A DNA stretch of 64,000 nt from Mobula hypostoma (Eukaryota): positions 222,706,001 through 222,770,000 of the forward strand of contig NC_086097.1 in assembly GCF_963921235.1 (NCBI RefSeq), given 5' to 3'. The position numbers and the translations under genes are program-made. Below are positions 52,553-63,911 of this stretch, one piece after another (position 1 is the stretch's first letter; the number at the start of each line of letters is the position of its first letter). The notes under the pieces were generated by a model. It did not search any database. It saw only the letters and a list, made by a program, of their open reading frames with translations, and was not told where the DNA came from.

Positions 52553-53470
52553 TACTGACCATGCAGGGTGCCCAAACTTTTGCTTCGGGCCCATTTCCTT
52601 TTTTGTTATTTTGAAACTGTAAAAGATGGAAATAAAAAAATAATCTTGCTTAAAATATTAAAGAAATGTGTCATCTTTAACTTAATGGCTTTTGGAAATC
52701 AGGTCATCTTTTACTTGCTTAGCTATTCACAGTAACAGAAATTTTGACTGGGGTGCCCAAACTTTTGCGTGCCACTGTATCTAAAAACTGGGAAGACAAT
52801 GCACTGAAGTACACCTGGAGAAAATCTGTTCCAAGAGGGAGCTGCACTACATGAGCATGATCTCTTCTGTACGACAGAGAATAAGCAGCAGCTGCAAAAG
52901 GAGAGACTGAACAACCGGAAACACCAACCACTAACCACATTCACCACTTACTCTTGCCTTTGCTTCTACAGCCACCTGAGGACCCAGCAATAGACAACCG
53001 CTTAGGAGAAATATCATACTTGAACTCAAGTGATTGAACACTTCTACTATATTAGTAATATAATAAGGTTCCAACCATTAGGAACCACTGATCACTCAGT
53101 ATTTGTTATGCTTCGTTCCATCACCAGGGGTCTGGCTTCTTACGTTCCTCTTCCATAGCTGAGGCACTGCATCCTGCGCTCCCCTTAAACCTGACTAGTT
53201 CACTGGGAAATCTATTGTGATATCATGTAACATCTTTAAAGAACGAAAGTGAATTTAAAATTGTATAATTACTAATGAGGATAACCTTCAATACTATGGA
53301 AATTTTTCTAATTGGGTACCAGCATAATCCTGCATGTGCCAGCTTTTGTATTTTTTCTGTACTATCTGATTTGAATTGGTGAAATCTTTGTGAATAACTA
53401 TTGATAAACACGCCCATGTTACTAATTGATTAGCATATTTTAATTGACTTCTTTTAATTTTACACTTCAG

Positions 53471-53604
53471 ATGTCCAGTTTGATAAAGATGAAAGTATAA
53501 CCCCATTGGAATCTGCGTTAATGATTTTGATTGAAATGATGGACAATAATGAGATACAGAAAGATGAGCTATATGCAGATTTGAAGCTACTACTTCAAAT
53601 ACAG
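53471..53604 (+). CDS. TERF1: TERF1 coding exon 3
   Basis: Acceptor tacacttcag, donor CAG|gttagt, phase 1-0. DVQFDKDESITPLESALMIL...LLQIQ matches TRF1 DAQFENDERITPLESALMI...LIKIQ. Confidence 0.95.
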
Positions 53605-54131
53605 GTTAGTACCTTACTCAATGATATTATGAAAGATGTTCTTTAAGAAACTTAACTGATAATCTTATTATGCTGTTGAAATGTAACTTTATTGTTATTA
53701 ACACGTAAAGAGAAACATTTTCAGTGGAGATGTCTATAGAATGTACAGTAAAAGGCCAAGTTTAAAAACATTAAACTCAAATATTGAATCAAAGGAGTAA
53801 ATAGTTATTGTGGTTTTTGTGCATGCACAGATGCCCACCTTGGGTGTCCTTGCTATATAGGAAAACGTATGGTAATTATGATACACATTAAACAGCTGTT
53901 CATGATGTTTTGTGAAGTTGCTTAAGCTCAAGCTGTATTAAATTGTTCTAACTTGCACACAATCTTGTACAGAGCTTCATTCTCATAAACTTGCATTATT
54001 TTCTAATTATCTCTCACTTCATAAGAGTTAATCCCTTGTTTCCTCAGTTGATTTGTTTTCCATTTGCTGTATATCTTGCACATTTCTCCCACCAGCTCTC
54101 TTACTTGTTTGCATAACCTTTTGTTTTTCAG

Positions 54132-54227
54132 TGTGTGGCAGTCTGCATGCTGAATGGAGACTTCAAGAAAGCTACTGAAGTTCTAGAACGGCAGTTTCCA
54201 GAAAATATCACCCATGAATTAGATCCG
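54132..54227 (+). CDS. TERF1: TERF1 coding exon 4
   Basis: Acceptor tttttcag, donor G|gtgatt, 96 nt, phase 0-0. CVAVCMLNGDFKKATEVLERQF matches TRF1 AIAVCMENGNFKEAEEVFERIF. Confidence 0.92.
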
Positions 54228-54395
54228 GTGATTTGTGTTTCTGATATCTTGTGTTTAAAAATGCCATGACAAAAGCCACATTTTTAATAGCAGATTCACT
54301 GACAATCATTTTGAAGGAAAAGTTAGTTTTCATTACTACTTTCTGTGTAGCTTTATTGATTGTTTTGCTTTCTTGTATATTATTCTGTTTTCCAG

Positions 54396-54545
54396 GCCTT
54401 GAAAAGGAAGCTTTCTGTGATTATCACCAAAAAAGATCCATATCATAAATTCCTTAATAATTTTAGCAACAAACGCTTGTTTGAGTGTGCTGAATCTCTT
54501 GCAGGTAGAATGCTAAGTGAGAAAAACTCAAACTTCCTGTATCAA
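54396..54545 (+). CDS. TERF1: TERF1 coding exon 5
   Basis: Acceptor ttttccag, donor gtaagt, 150 nt. ALKRKLSVIITKKDPYHKF...LSEKNSNFLYQ matches TRF1 FKSKLLMIISQKDTFHSF...LSEKSSTFLMK. Confidence 0.94.
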
Positions 54546-55687
54546 GTAAGTGTAATCGCATCGTTCAGTTACTTGTTTCCTCCTTTTGTCTCACTAATTC
54601 GAGATCATTGATTTTATGCTACCGAAGGCCATCTTTGCATAAGCCTAGAATGTATTAAAGTCTTGATTACATGTCTGTGACCTCCAAGTCTCTCTACCTT
54701 AATTAATAATTTAGAGAAGGAATTGGCCAGTCAATGGGAATATTTGTTTGTGCACTTGAAAGGCACATTAGTCATATCTTCTCCTAAGTTATGTAGAAAA
54801 AATATTCATAACATACTAATTACAGGAAAACTTTGATAATCCTCAACAGGTTTTGCAGACTGTTAGATGATATTCCTATTATTACTCCAAGATACTTGAT
54901 TCATAGATTTTCAGATGTTATAGTGTAATAAACTTCCCAGTAAACTCAGTAAGTAAGAAGGGGATGCTGGAAGGAGTGTACCAACAATCGCCCTCCTGAG
55001 TCAGATGCTAAACCATCAGGATTTCTAAATGGTTGCATAGTAGCTTATCAAAGTTTTAGTGTATTCTGTGTTCCTTAGTTTTGACCCTATTACACATGAT
55101 TTACGAACTCGTATCCTTTCGTAAGCCAAGATAAAAGCTGATGTACAAATTATTTGCTGGTTGGTACTGCACTTAAAATTTTACTAATATTCCACCAACG
55201 CTGTAGGTCTTGACTTAGTCTTCTGTAGTCAGTGACTACAAAGTCACTGCTTCTCCATTAATAATCATGGTTCAGCTCTCACAATATTTCTTTGTGCTCC
55301 AATATTTTAGCCCAGATCCAACATTGATCATTAATGTGACAATTGAAACATGAGCATCATCAATTCATAGATTTATTGCATTCTCAACAAATAGAAATGA
55401 CTTCACTCAATATCCCTAATGGATGGCATGATAAAATGTATTGACTAGAAATTTTCTTAACCTTTAGAAAGAAGACACCTTGGGTGTCTTTAAAAAGCTC
55501 AAATATTTATCAATAACATTTAAGTTGACTGTTGATACCTTAAAACATGCAGTAAAAGACCAGACATTTCACATGCCACTGATTGCCTGTGTGGTCATTT
55601 AAAAGTGAATGTTTGAAAGTAGGAAAATGGGGAAAGCTGTTTTTTGGCAGACAATGATAATGGACTTCAGTTATAATCTATTTACAG

Positions 55688-55782
55688 GCAGCACATAAAG
55701 TAGTGGAGTCCCAAAAAAATGGAGATGCAGACATGAGCAGTTCTGGAGATGAGAGTAATCATGATCATCAGGATGACAAATG
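55688..55782 (+). CDS. TERF1: TERF1 coding exon 6 (end of TRFH, start of linker); gene continues beyond the window
   Basis: Acceptor tttacag, donor TG|gtaact, phase 0-2. AAHKVVESQK matches TRF1 AAAKVVESKR. Myb-domain exons were not seen in the window. Confidence 0.88.
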
Positions 55783-56805
55783 GTAACTTTGTTTAAGAAA
55801 AATAGAGAATTAAATTGGCTTTATTCTGTGATAACTAAGTAGTTTATTATTGCGTTTGGTGTGTTTCTCTTTTTTTTTCCCATGCCTTTTCCAAATTCAA
55901 CTGGTCTGCCACACAGTATTGTTTCCTAATTTCTAAATGCTTAATTGGCCTTCCTAGCTGTTAATATACCTCAACTATATTTGGGTATTATTTCTTTATC
56001 TTGATGCTGTATTGTTTTCCCTTAGAAAGAACTGCCCCATACCCTCACTCTTTTCAAGCTACCACTTAATCTGCAGCATTAAGTTCTTCACTGATCTTTT
56101 TGTCACTTCCCACACCAGGTTTCCAAGCTGGTTTCCATCCTTCCTCACTGAAATAGACATGATCTTACTGAAACAGGAATATGCTCTCTAATTGTGATTG
56201 TGTTGCATTTATCTATCTGTCATATTTGCCCGAACTTTCTCTTCCAACAATTCCTTCTTGCCTATTCAGTGGAGCTTCCTTTGTTTGATTCTGTATTTAG
56301 CTACGATCTACAATCAGATCGTTTGTAGATGGCTTCCCTTTCCAATGTTGGATCATCACCTTGAGAATAAGTATCCAACTTTGGCTACCTTCCCTTCATT
56401 CAGTATGTTGCTCTTTGGCAACTCACCTACAGGCATTGCAGTCTCATCTCCCATGACAAGCAGAAGTAATCACACCTATCTTCAAGTGGTAGATCCAGTT
56501 GTGTTAACTGCCAAAGGGAAAGTCATCACCAGCTTCCCCCAAATTACTGTGCCCAAAAAGCACACAGAGTTTGCATGAAGTGAAATTCAAGAGTAATGCA
56601 GGGAATAGCATCAACCATATGATCTTCTCTGTGATGTAAGATCCTTAAAAGACCCTACTCTCAATGCAGATTCGTCTCAAGCAATGCTACACGATTACCA
56701 GCACCATTTTCCATCTTTCTCACTGTACTGATCCCTCTCAACTCCAAGATGATCTGTGCTGTAGTGAAGCTGAACTTCAGAACAAATATTAAACAGCCAT
56801 TTGTT

Positions 56806-56937
56806 ATAGAAGCATAGGAAACCTACAGCACGATACAGGCCCTTCGGCCCACGAAGCTGTGCCGAACATGTCCTTATCTTAAAAATTACCTAGGGTTACC
56901 TATACCCTCTATTTTTGTGAGCTCCATGTACCTGTCC
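56806..56937 (-). mobile_element. CR1 3' tail, split by the RTE insertion and continuing at 61262-61400
   Basis: ...gagctccaTGTACCTGTCC joins aggagtctctcaaaagac...; the right half encodes RVVSAWNGL..VVEAD.IGSFERLLD. Confidence 0.75.
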
Positions 56938-59900
56938 TTGTTCTTGTTGTTCATCCTTCGTAGTCGAAGATGACCATGGCTTCAAAGTCAAATGGGAGAT
57001 TGGTGGCTGTGGGTCCGGAGGTGACTGATGAGGCCAATCCGGGCCCTGAAGGCTCGCCCACATGTGGGACACAAGTGGGTGGGTGCTGTCGTGGCAGTGG
57101 ATGCTGCTCGGGTCTTGCACACAGCACGCTTTCGTTGCGCCTCAATGATGCGCCGGACTTCAGCAACACGGGCTCCTGTGGTGATCTTGCAGCGCCAAGC
57201 TGGACGGTCGAGGGCAAGCGTCTCCCACGTGTTGATGTCGACACCCAAGCATTTGAGGGACACTTTGAGGCAGTCTTTGTAACGTTTCTTCTGCCCCCCG
57301 ACTGAGCGCTTGCCCTGACACAGTTCTCCGTACAGCAGCTGCTTAGGCAATCAGCTGTCTGGCATTCTGACCACATGTCCAGCCCACCTGGCTTGGGCTT
57401 TCAGCAGGAGGGTGTAGGCGCTGCAGAGCCCAGCTCGTTCCAGGATTTCCGTGTCGGGGACTTTGTCCTGCCACCTGATGTGGAGGAGTCTGCGGAGACA
57501 GCCCAGGTGAAAGTGGTTGAGCTGTTTGGCATGTCTGCTGTAGACAGTCCAGGTCTCGCTGGCGTAAAGGAAGATGGTAAGGACCACTGCACAGTAGACC
57601 TTCAGCTTGGTGGTAAGGCTGAGTCCTCTCCGCTCCCAGACGTTCTCACAGAGTCTCCCAAAGGTGGCGCTGGCTTTGGCAATCCTGTTGTTGACCTCAG
57701 CGTCTACATTCACTGCGCGAGAGAGTATGCTGCCCAGGTAGGTGAAGTTGTCGGCTGCCTGGAGGTTCTGGCCCCTCACCGTGATGCGCGGCTCCTGGTA
57801 TGGCTTTCCTGGGGCAGGCTGGTACATAACTTCAGTCTTTTTGGTGCTGATAGTAAGACCGAAGTTGTCGCAGGCTTGTGAGAAGCAGTTCATTTCACGC
57901 TGCATCTCCTGCTCTGTGCTGGCGTTGAGTGCGCAGTCATCAGCAAACAACAAGTCTCTGATGACAGTCTCTGGCACCTTTGTAACTTCCTGCAGGCGCC
58001 TAAGGTTGAACAACCTGCCGTCAGTCCTGTATCTGACGTGGATTCCTTCTTCGTAGTTACGGAAGGCATCTGTCAGCATGGCAGAGAATACCATACTGAA
58101 CAGAGTCGGGGCAAGAACGCAGCCTTGTTTGATGCCATTTCTCACTGGGAAGGCCTCCGACTCGTCGCCGTCATCCAGAACTTTCACCATCATACCGTCG
58201 TGGAACTGCCGGACGATTGTGATGAACTTGCTGGGGCAGCCAAACTTCTCCATGATCTTCCACAAGTCTTCTCTGCTGACCGTATCGAAAGCCTTGGTTA
58301 GATCAACAAAGGTCACGAAGAGGTCGCTGTGTTGCTCCTGGCATTTTTCCTGGAGTTGGCGCGCAGCAAAAATCATGTCCGCGGTCCCACGTTCAGCACG
58401 GAAGCCGCACTGACTTTCTGGGAGCAGACCTTGCTCAAGATGTTGGAGAAGGCAGTTGAGCAGGACGCGGGCCAGAATCTTCCCCGCAATGGACAAGAGG
58501 GAGATGCCTCGGTGGTTGTCGCAAGACTGGCGGTTGCCTTTCCTCTTGTAGATGTGGACTATGCTGGCATCTTTCAGCTGTTGCGGGACCTGTCCCTTTT
58601 TCCACATGGACTGGAAGAGAACAGTCAGCTTTTGCATCAGGACAGGGCCTCCTGCTTTGTATACCTCAGCAGGGATTGCATCGGGTCCTGGCGCTTTGCC
58701 ACAGGAGAGTTGCTTCACTGCCTTCCTGACTTCATCTACTGTGGGGAGGGTGTCGAGGTTCTTGTTGATCTCTACCTGGGGCAGGCGGGCAATGGCCTCG
58801 TCGTTGATGTTGGCAGGGTGGTTAAGGACGTTGTTAAAGTGCTCAGCCCACCGATCCTGAATCTGCTCCTTCTGTCAGCAGCTGCGTCTCATCTGCGTTG
58901 AGGAGGGGTGAGGAGCCGGAGGACTGGGGTCCGTATATAGCCTTAAGCACATCGTAGAAGCGCTTTATGTCGTGGTTGTCTGCATAGCCCTGGACTTCAT
59001 CGGCCTTCTTGCTGAACCAGCTGTCCTGCATCTCGCGAAGTTTTTTCTGCACCTTTCTTCTTGCGTTGGTACAGGCATCTTTCTTGGCTAGCGACGTGGG
59101 GTCGTTCTGATGCGCTCTGTAATGTTGATGTTTCTCCGTTAGTAGTGCCTGTATTTCTTCATCATTCTCATCGAACCAGTCTTGGTTTCTTCGGGTTGCT
59201 GGTCCGAGATGTTCGAGGGCGGTAGTGTAGACAGCGTCTCTGAAGGCCGTCCACTGTTCCTCAACGCTGGTCCTGTCATCCTGTGGTGTGTCTGGCAGTC
59301 TGCCTTCAAGGTCATCGACGAGTTCTTCTGCAACCCTGCTGCTTTTCAGCTTGGAGACATTCAGCCTTTTTGCAGTCTTCTGCCCTTGGGGTCTTCTCAT
59401 GGGCAGAATGTGAAGCCTGAACTTGGACACAATGAGGCGGTGATCGGTCCAGCAGTCGGCACCACACATGGCTCTGGTCACTCTGACATCCATCCTGTCC
59501 CTCTTCCTGGTGATGATGTAGTCAATCAGATGCCAGTGCTTCGAGCGTGGGTGCATCCATGACGTCTTCTTACGGGTGGGTAGGTGGAACAGGGTGTTGG
59601 TGATGACAAGGTCGTGTGTGGCACATGTCTTGAGGAGCAGAAGACCGTTGTTGTTACACTTGCCAGTGCCGTGTCTTCCAATGATCCCCTCCCAGGTTTG
59701 GTAGTCTGTCCCTACTCTGGCATTGAAGTCCCCGAGAATGATGAGCTTCTCTGACTGTGGGATTGCTGAGATGAGCGCATCGAGTTCTTCATAGAACTTG
59801 TCTTTAATGTCATCTGGGTTGGTCATGGTGGGAGCGTAGGCACTAATCAGCGTAGCACTCTTCTTGTTTGGAAGTGGGAGCTGAAGTGTCATCAGGCGGT

Positions 59901-60800
59901 TGTTGACACTCTCTGGGTGCTTGGTGAGTTTACGGGCGAGGTTAGAATTGATGGCAAATCCCACACCTGCTTCTCGTCGTTCAGCGCTGCTGCGACCGCT
60001 CCAGAAGAACGTGTATCCACCACTACGTTCTGTCAGCTGGCCCTTGTCTGCTGGGGGTGTTTCGCTGAGAGCTGCTATGTCCACGTTGTAGCCAGCTAGC
60101 TCTTTTGCAACCAGTGCAGTTCTTCTCTCTGATCTGTGCCTTGACGTTATCTCGCAGAGTTCTCACGTTCCATGTGCCAAGGTTGAGCACCATCACTTGC
60201 TTCTTCACTGTTGTAGGTCGACCGCTATGAGGGATCCCCACCAGCCGCGGTAAGCTGGCCAGGGTGAAGTGAAGCAGACTATGTTTGAGGCACCTTTTCC
60301 AGCCCCTTCCTCCATGGAGGTGAGCAGAGCGATCCTAAAGAGGGCTGCTCAGACACCCAGGGGGCTGCTGAACTCAACTGCTGCTTCAGTCCAGTAGAGA
60401 GCGACCCTATGCCCTGGGCCGCCTGTGTGCAGGTTTGTGACTACAGCTTCCAGTGTATCCGTACCTGCTGCTTCGCCACTCCCCCATCGCCACGGGACTT
60501 TAGGTTGCGTGTTGGGTTGAAGTCATGACTTGCGCTTGACTTGTATTAAAGTGAGGGAGAGTTGCGCAGGTCGTCAGCCTCACTCTCTCGTCCCGGCCTA
60601 TCTGGACCCAGTGGCAAGACATAGTCGAGACGGCTGGAGATAAGTCAGGATGCAGTGGATGGCCAGCAGTGTTCTGTGTGCCCTCATATTGCTCCATGAC
60701 GCATTGCTGAGAATCGCCTTTCTACCCGTTGAACCAGTGATGATTTCTTCCGCGCAGTCCGCCGAATCCAGGCTTCATACGCTAGGTAGACAAGCCCTGA
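56938..60800 (-). mobile_element. Near-full-length RTE-clade LINE (5'UTR, EN, RT, C2H2 finger, (CAA)n-like tail), antisense in TERF1 intron 6
   Basis: GTWNVRTL, AALSET, GDFNARVG, WTDH, GIKQGCVLAP, LLFADD, CPTCGRAFRARIGLISHLRTH. Two frameshifts (~60135, ~58870) and one TGA (57351). Confidence 0.95.
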
Positions 60801-61145
60801 GTGTTGTGGGTCTACGGCAGTTCTTGCAGCGTGCTCGCAAGCCTCCCTACCCATTGTTGGGCATCCTCATCTGCCTTTGCAGCCGTTGGGAGATGTCTCC
60901 TCTCCCGCCTGCTCCGCCTTTGGGATGATCACCTTGGTTACTGGCCTATGGAAGTGGGCTCGCAGCTCGCCGTCGCGCTGGCCGTACCAGGCAGCGGTCG
61001 TGATGAGCGGCAGGCCAGCTCCAGGCCTCGGGCCTCACCCCCTCTGCCCACCGCTGCCTCGCACTGGCTGCAGGCCGCCGACAGTGCGGTGGCGGCAGGC
61101 GGCCCGGGGCCGGGCCCCGGCCTCGGCCTCACCAAGAGGCGGCAT

Positions 61146-61259
61146 CAGGGTACGCACCTGCTGGGCCCACAGCTGCTGAAGGACGGCGGCCATGTGGTCC
61201 ACCTCCAGGCAAATGTGGTGGATGCCGCCGCCAGGGTTCTTGCGGAGGAAGCCGAGGAT
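61146..61259 (-). pseudogene. MCEE: Intron-less fragment of methylmalonyl-CoA epimerase coding sequence
   Basis: ILGFLRKNPGGGIHHICLEVDHMAAVLQQLWAQQVRTL versus human IAGFLQKNKAGGMHHICIEVDNINAAVMDLKKKKIRSL. Confidence 0.85.
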
Positions 61260-61494
61260 CCTGTACCTGTCCAGGAGTCTCTCAAAAGACCCTATCATAT
61301 CCGCCTCCACCACTGTCACCAGCAGCCCATTCCACGCACTCACCACTCTTTTTTAAAAAAAACTTACCCCTGACATCTCTGTACCTGCTTCCAAGCACCG
61401 TGGGCTGCAGAACTAATAATTTTTATACAGGGTTGTATAACCCTGAGACCTAAAAATTATTTCAAGGGTTCCTCCAGGGCAAAAAGGCTGGTGT

Positions 61495-62310
61495 AGAGGG
61501 TTGTTATAGGTTACAGTAGAGCATTGACAGGATGCCGAGCTGGGCGGAAACTTAGCAAATGAAATTCAGTCTGGAAAAGTGTGAAGTGATTCACTTTGGA
61601 ATGTCAAACTTGAAGGCAGAATATATGGTTAATGGCAGAATTCTTAGCTGTGTGCAGCAACAGAAGGATCTTGGATTCCAAGTCCTTAGATCACTTGCAA
61701 ACTGGTTAAGAAATGTGTTGGCCTTTGCTAGTAAGGGGATTGAGTTCAAAGGCTGTGAGGTAGTGTCACAGCCCTATAAAACTCTGGTTAGACCACACTT
61801 GGAGTTTTGTGTTCAGTTCTGGTTGCCTCATTATAGGAAAGATGTGGAAGCATTAGAGGGTGGAGAGGAGATTTACCAGCTTCCTTTAAAAGACTTTAAG
61901 GAAAGGTTGAGCAGACTAGGGCTTATTGAAGGAAAATGAGAAGTGTATAAGATCATTAGAGGCATAGAGTGGACAGTCACTGCCTTTTCCCCACGATGAC
62001 AATTGCTAAATACCAGTGGACATCCTTTTAAGGTGAGTAGAGAAAAGTTTAGGGAGGGTGTCAGAGGTAAGATTTTTTTTTTTACACAGAGGGTGGTAAG
62101 TACTTTAAATGCACCACAGGGGATGGTGGTGGACACTAATACATCAGGGACATATTAAAGCCTTTTTAGATAAGCGCCTTGATGAAAGAAAATGAAGAGT
62201 TGTGGGTTCTTTATGAGGGAAGGATTGGATTAGATTTGATTAGGTTAGAAGGAAGGCAGAACATTGTGGGCCAAAAGACCCATGCAGTGCTGTACTGTTC
62301 TTGTATTCTA
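61495..62310 (+). mobile_element. Degraded CR1 3' part
   Basis: KCEVIHFG, YKTLVRPHLEFCVQFWLPHYRKD, FFTQRVV. Confidence 0.85.
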
Positions 62311-63267
62311 ATAAGCGTACTGATGGCTGTAATCTTACGATACTCCTTAAATACTGGGGTTGTTCCACAGCGGTGCAAAAGCTGCATCCTTGTAAAAGGG
62401 TAAAGGTGAAATAAGATATGAAAAATGTAGAATTTTCTGACAAATCAGTGACTGGTGCATTTTGCTAGTAATATCCTGTGATGGGTGTTTTTAAAAGTTG
62501 AGTAGGAATGAAGAAAGATGTATCTAAGTCCTTGAATGTGACAGCTTAGATTGACAAAGTATTTGTTGCTAGTCTGCCCTATTCAACCACATGTCTACAT
62601 CCTAGATGCCCGTCATTACTATCTTCACTGCTTTATCACATTCCCAAGATCTGTCTCATCTGAGCATTTTTAAATGATTCTCTGTACACCTATTCAAATC
62701 ATTTACAAGTAAATCATTGGTCTTCATAACTGTTGTTGACTTCACAAAGGTTAATAATTTGGAGACAAAAGTACAAATGTAAGGTGGTTATGTGGAAAGC
62801 TAAAGAAATCTGTTTAGTTTAGGTCACCACATCCTAGGCTGGAATGGTTATTACCCCTCAACCATCAAGCTGTTGAATCAAGGAATAAACTCAACTTCAC
62901 CCACCCCGTCAGTGAACGGTCTCCACTGAACTGGGCTCATTTTCAAGGACTCTTCAAAGTTCAAAGTACATTTATTATCGAAGTATGTATATCCATTATA
63001 CAACCTTATAGGCAACTACAAAACAAAGAACCCCAAAAGAACCCATTTAAAAAGACCATCAAACCTCAATTGCACAGAGGGGTGGGGGTGGGAACACAAA
63101 TCGTGCCAACAATACATTAAACAATTAGCATTCAGAGCTGAAATTTTACGAAAGACACAAAGCCAGGCAGCTCTGTAGCTGGAGCCTCAGTTCATCACCA
63201 AACCAAGTAAATGTCATGAGACCACAGACTTGAAGCTAGGAATCACTGAAGCCAGAGCAGGCCACAA

Positions 63268-63478
63268 CAATAATAGACAATAGGTGCAGGAGTAGGCCAT
63301 TCAGCCCTTCGAGCCAGCAACACCATTCACTGTGATCATGGCTGATCATCCACAATCAGTACCCTTTTCCTGCCTTCTCCCCATATCCCTTCACTCCGCT
63401 ATCTTTAAGAGCTCTATCTAACTCTTTTTTGAAAGAATCTAGAGAATTGGCCTCCACTGCCTTCTGAGGCAGAGCATT
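63268..63478 (-). mobile_element. CR1 3' tail fragment
   Basis: Similar to 47155-47360. Confidence 0.8.
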
Positions 63479-63679
63479 CAACCTCGCTTCAGCTGGGTAA
63501 ATATCATAGAGCAGAGCCTGGACCCTGCTGCCACAACTCGGCCATATCCAACCTTTCTAATTCGGCCCGGCATTTAAATCAATCAAACACCAGGACTTCC
63601 CTTGCTCCTGCCACCTCTGCCTCCGCCATGCCTCCACCTGCCTTAAGCATGCCTCACCTGTGCCTCTGCCAGCACTTGT

Positions 63680-63911
63680 CTCACCATTGAGATGCAGCGC
63701 AGAGCGTCATAGGAAGTCATTCCTGCCTGTGGCCATCAAACTTTACCACTCCTCCCTTGGAGGGTCAGACACCCTGAGCCGATAGGCTGGTTTACTGGCA
63801 TAATTTACATATTACTATTTAACTATTTATGGTTCTATTACTATTTATTATTTATAGTGCAACTGTAACAAAAACCAATTTCCCCTGGGATCAATAAAGT
63901 ATGACTATGAT
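63680..63911 (+). mobile_element. Rex1/Babar-type 3' tail
   Basis: Close reverse-complement match to 3576-3838; AATAAAGTATGACTATGA end. Confidence 0.7.

Larger units (their letters stand above)
51044..52777 (+). mobile_element. Full-length Tc1 (IR/DR type) transposon with a defective transposase and TA TSD
   Basis: TA|CAGTGGCATGCAAAAGTTTGGGCACCCC...GGGGTGCCCAAACTTTTGCGTGCCACTG|TA; inner direct repeats near 51236 and 52566; GRPRK, VLWTDE, QQDNDPKH, NIIENLW. Confidence 0.95.
47760..53030 (+). mobile_element. Old RTE LINE 3' remnant split into three pieces (47760-47950, 50708-51043, 52778-53030)
   Basis: GSILSSKADIDSEINH..IYRAVILP continues at 50708 as LPILYGAETW..ILSISWKD, and resumes after the Tc1. 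Confidence 0.7.

Noticed and set aside
19991..55782. Functional link between Penelope (telomerase-related RT) and TERF1, or telomeric arrays
   Set aside because: No (TTAGGG)n arrays were seen, these are endonuclease-bearing Penelopes, and proximity is explained by high copy number.
61035..61346. 103-aa ORF as a functional MCEE gene
   Set aside because: It is a chance fusion of a CR1 tail, 38 MCEE codons and unrelated sequence; the N-terminal His and C-terminal Glu ligands are missing.
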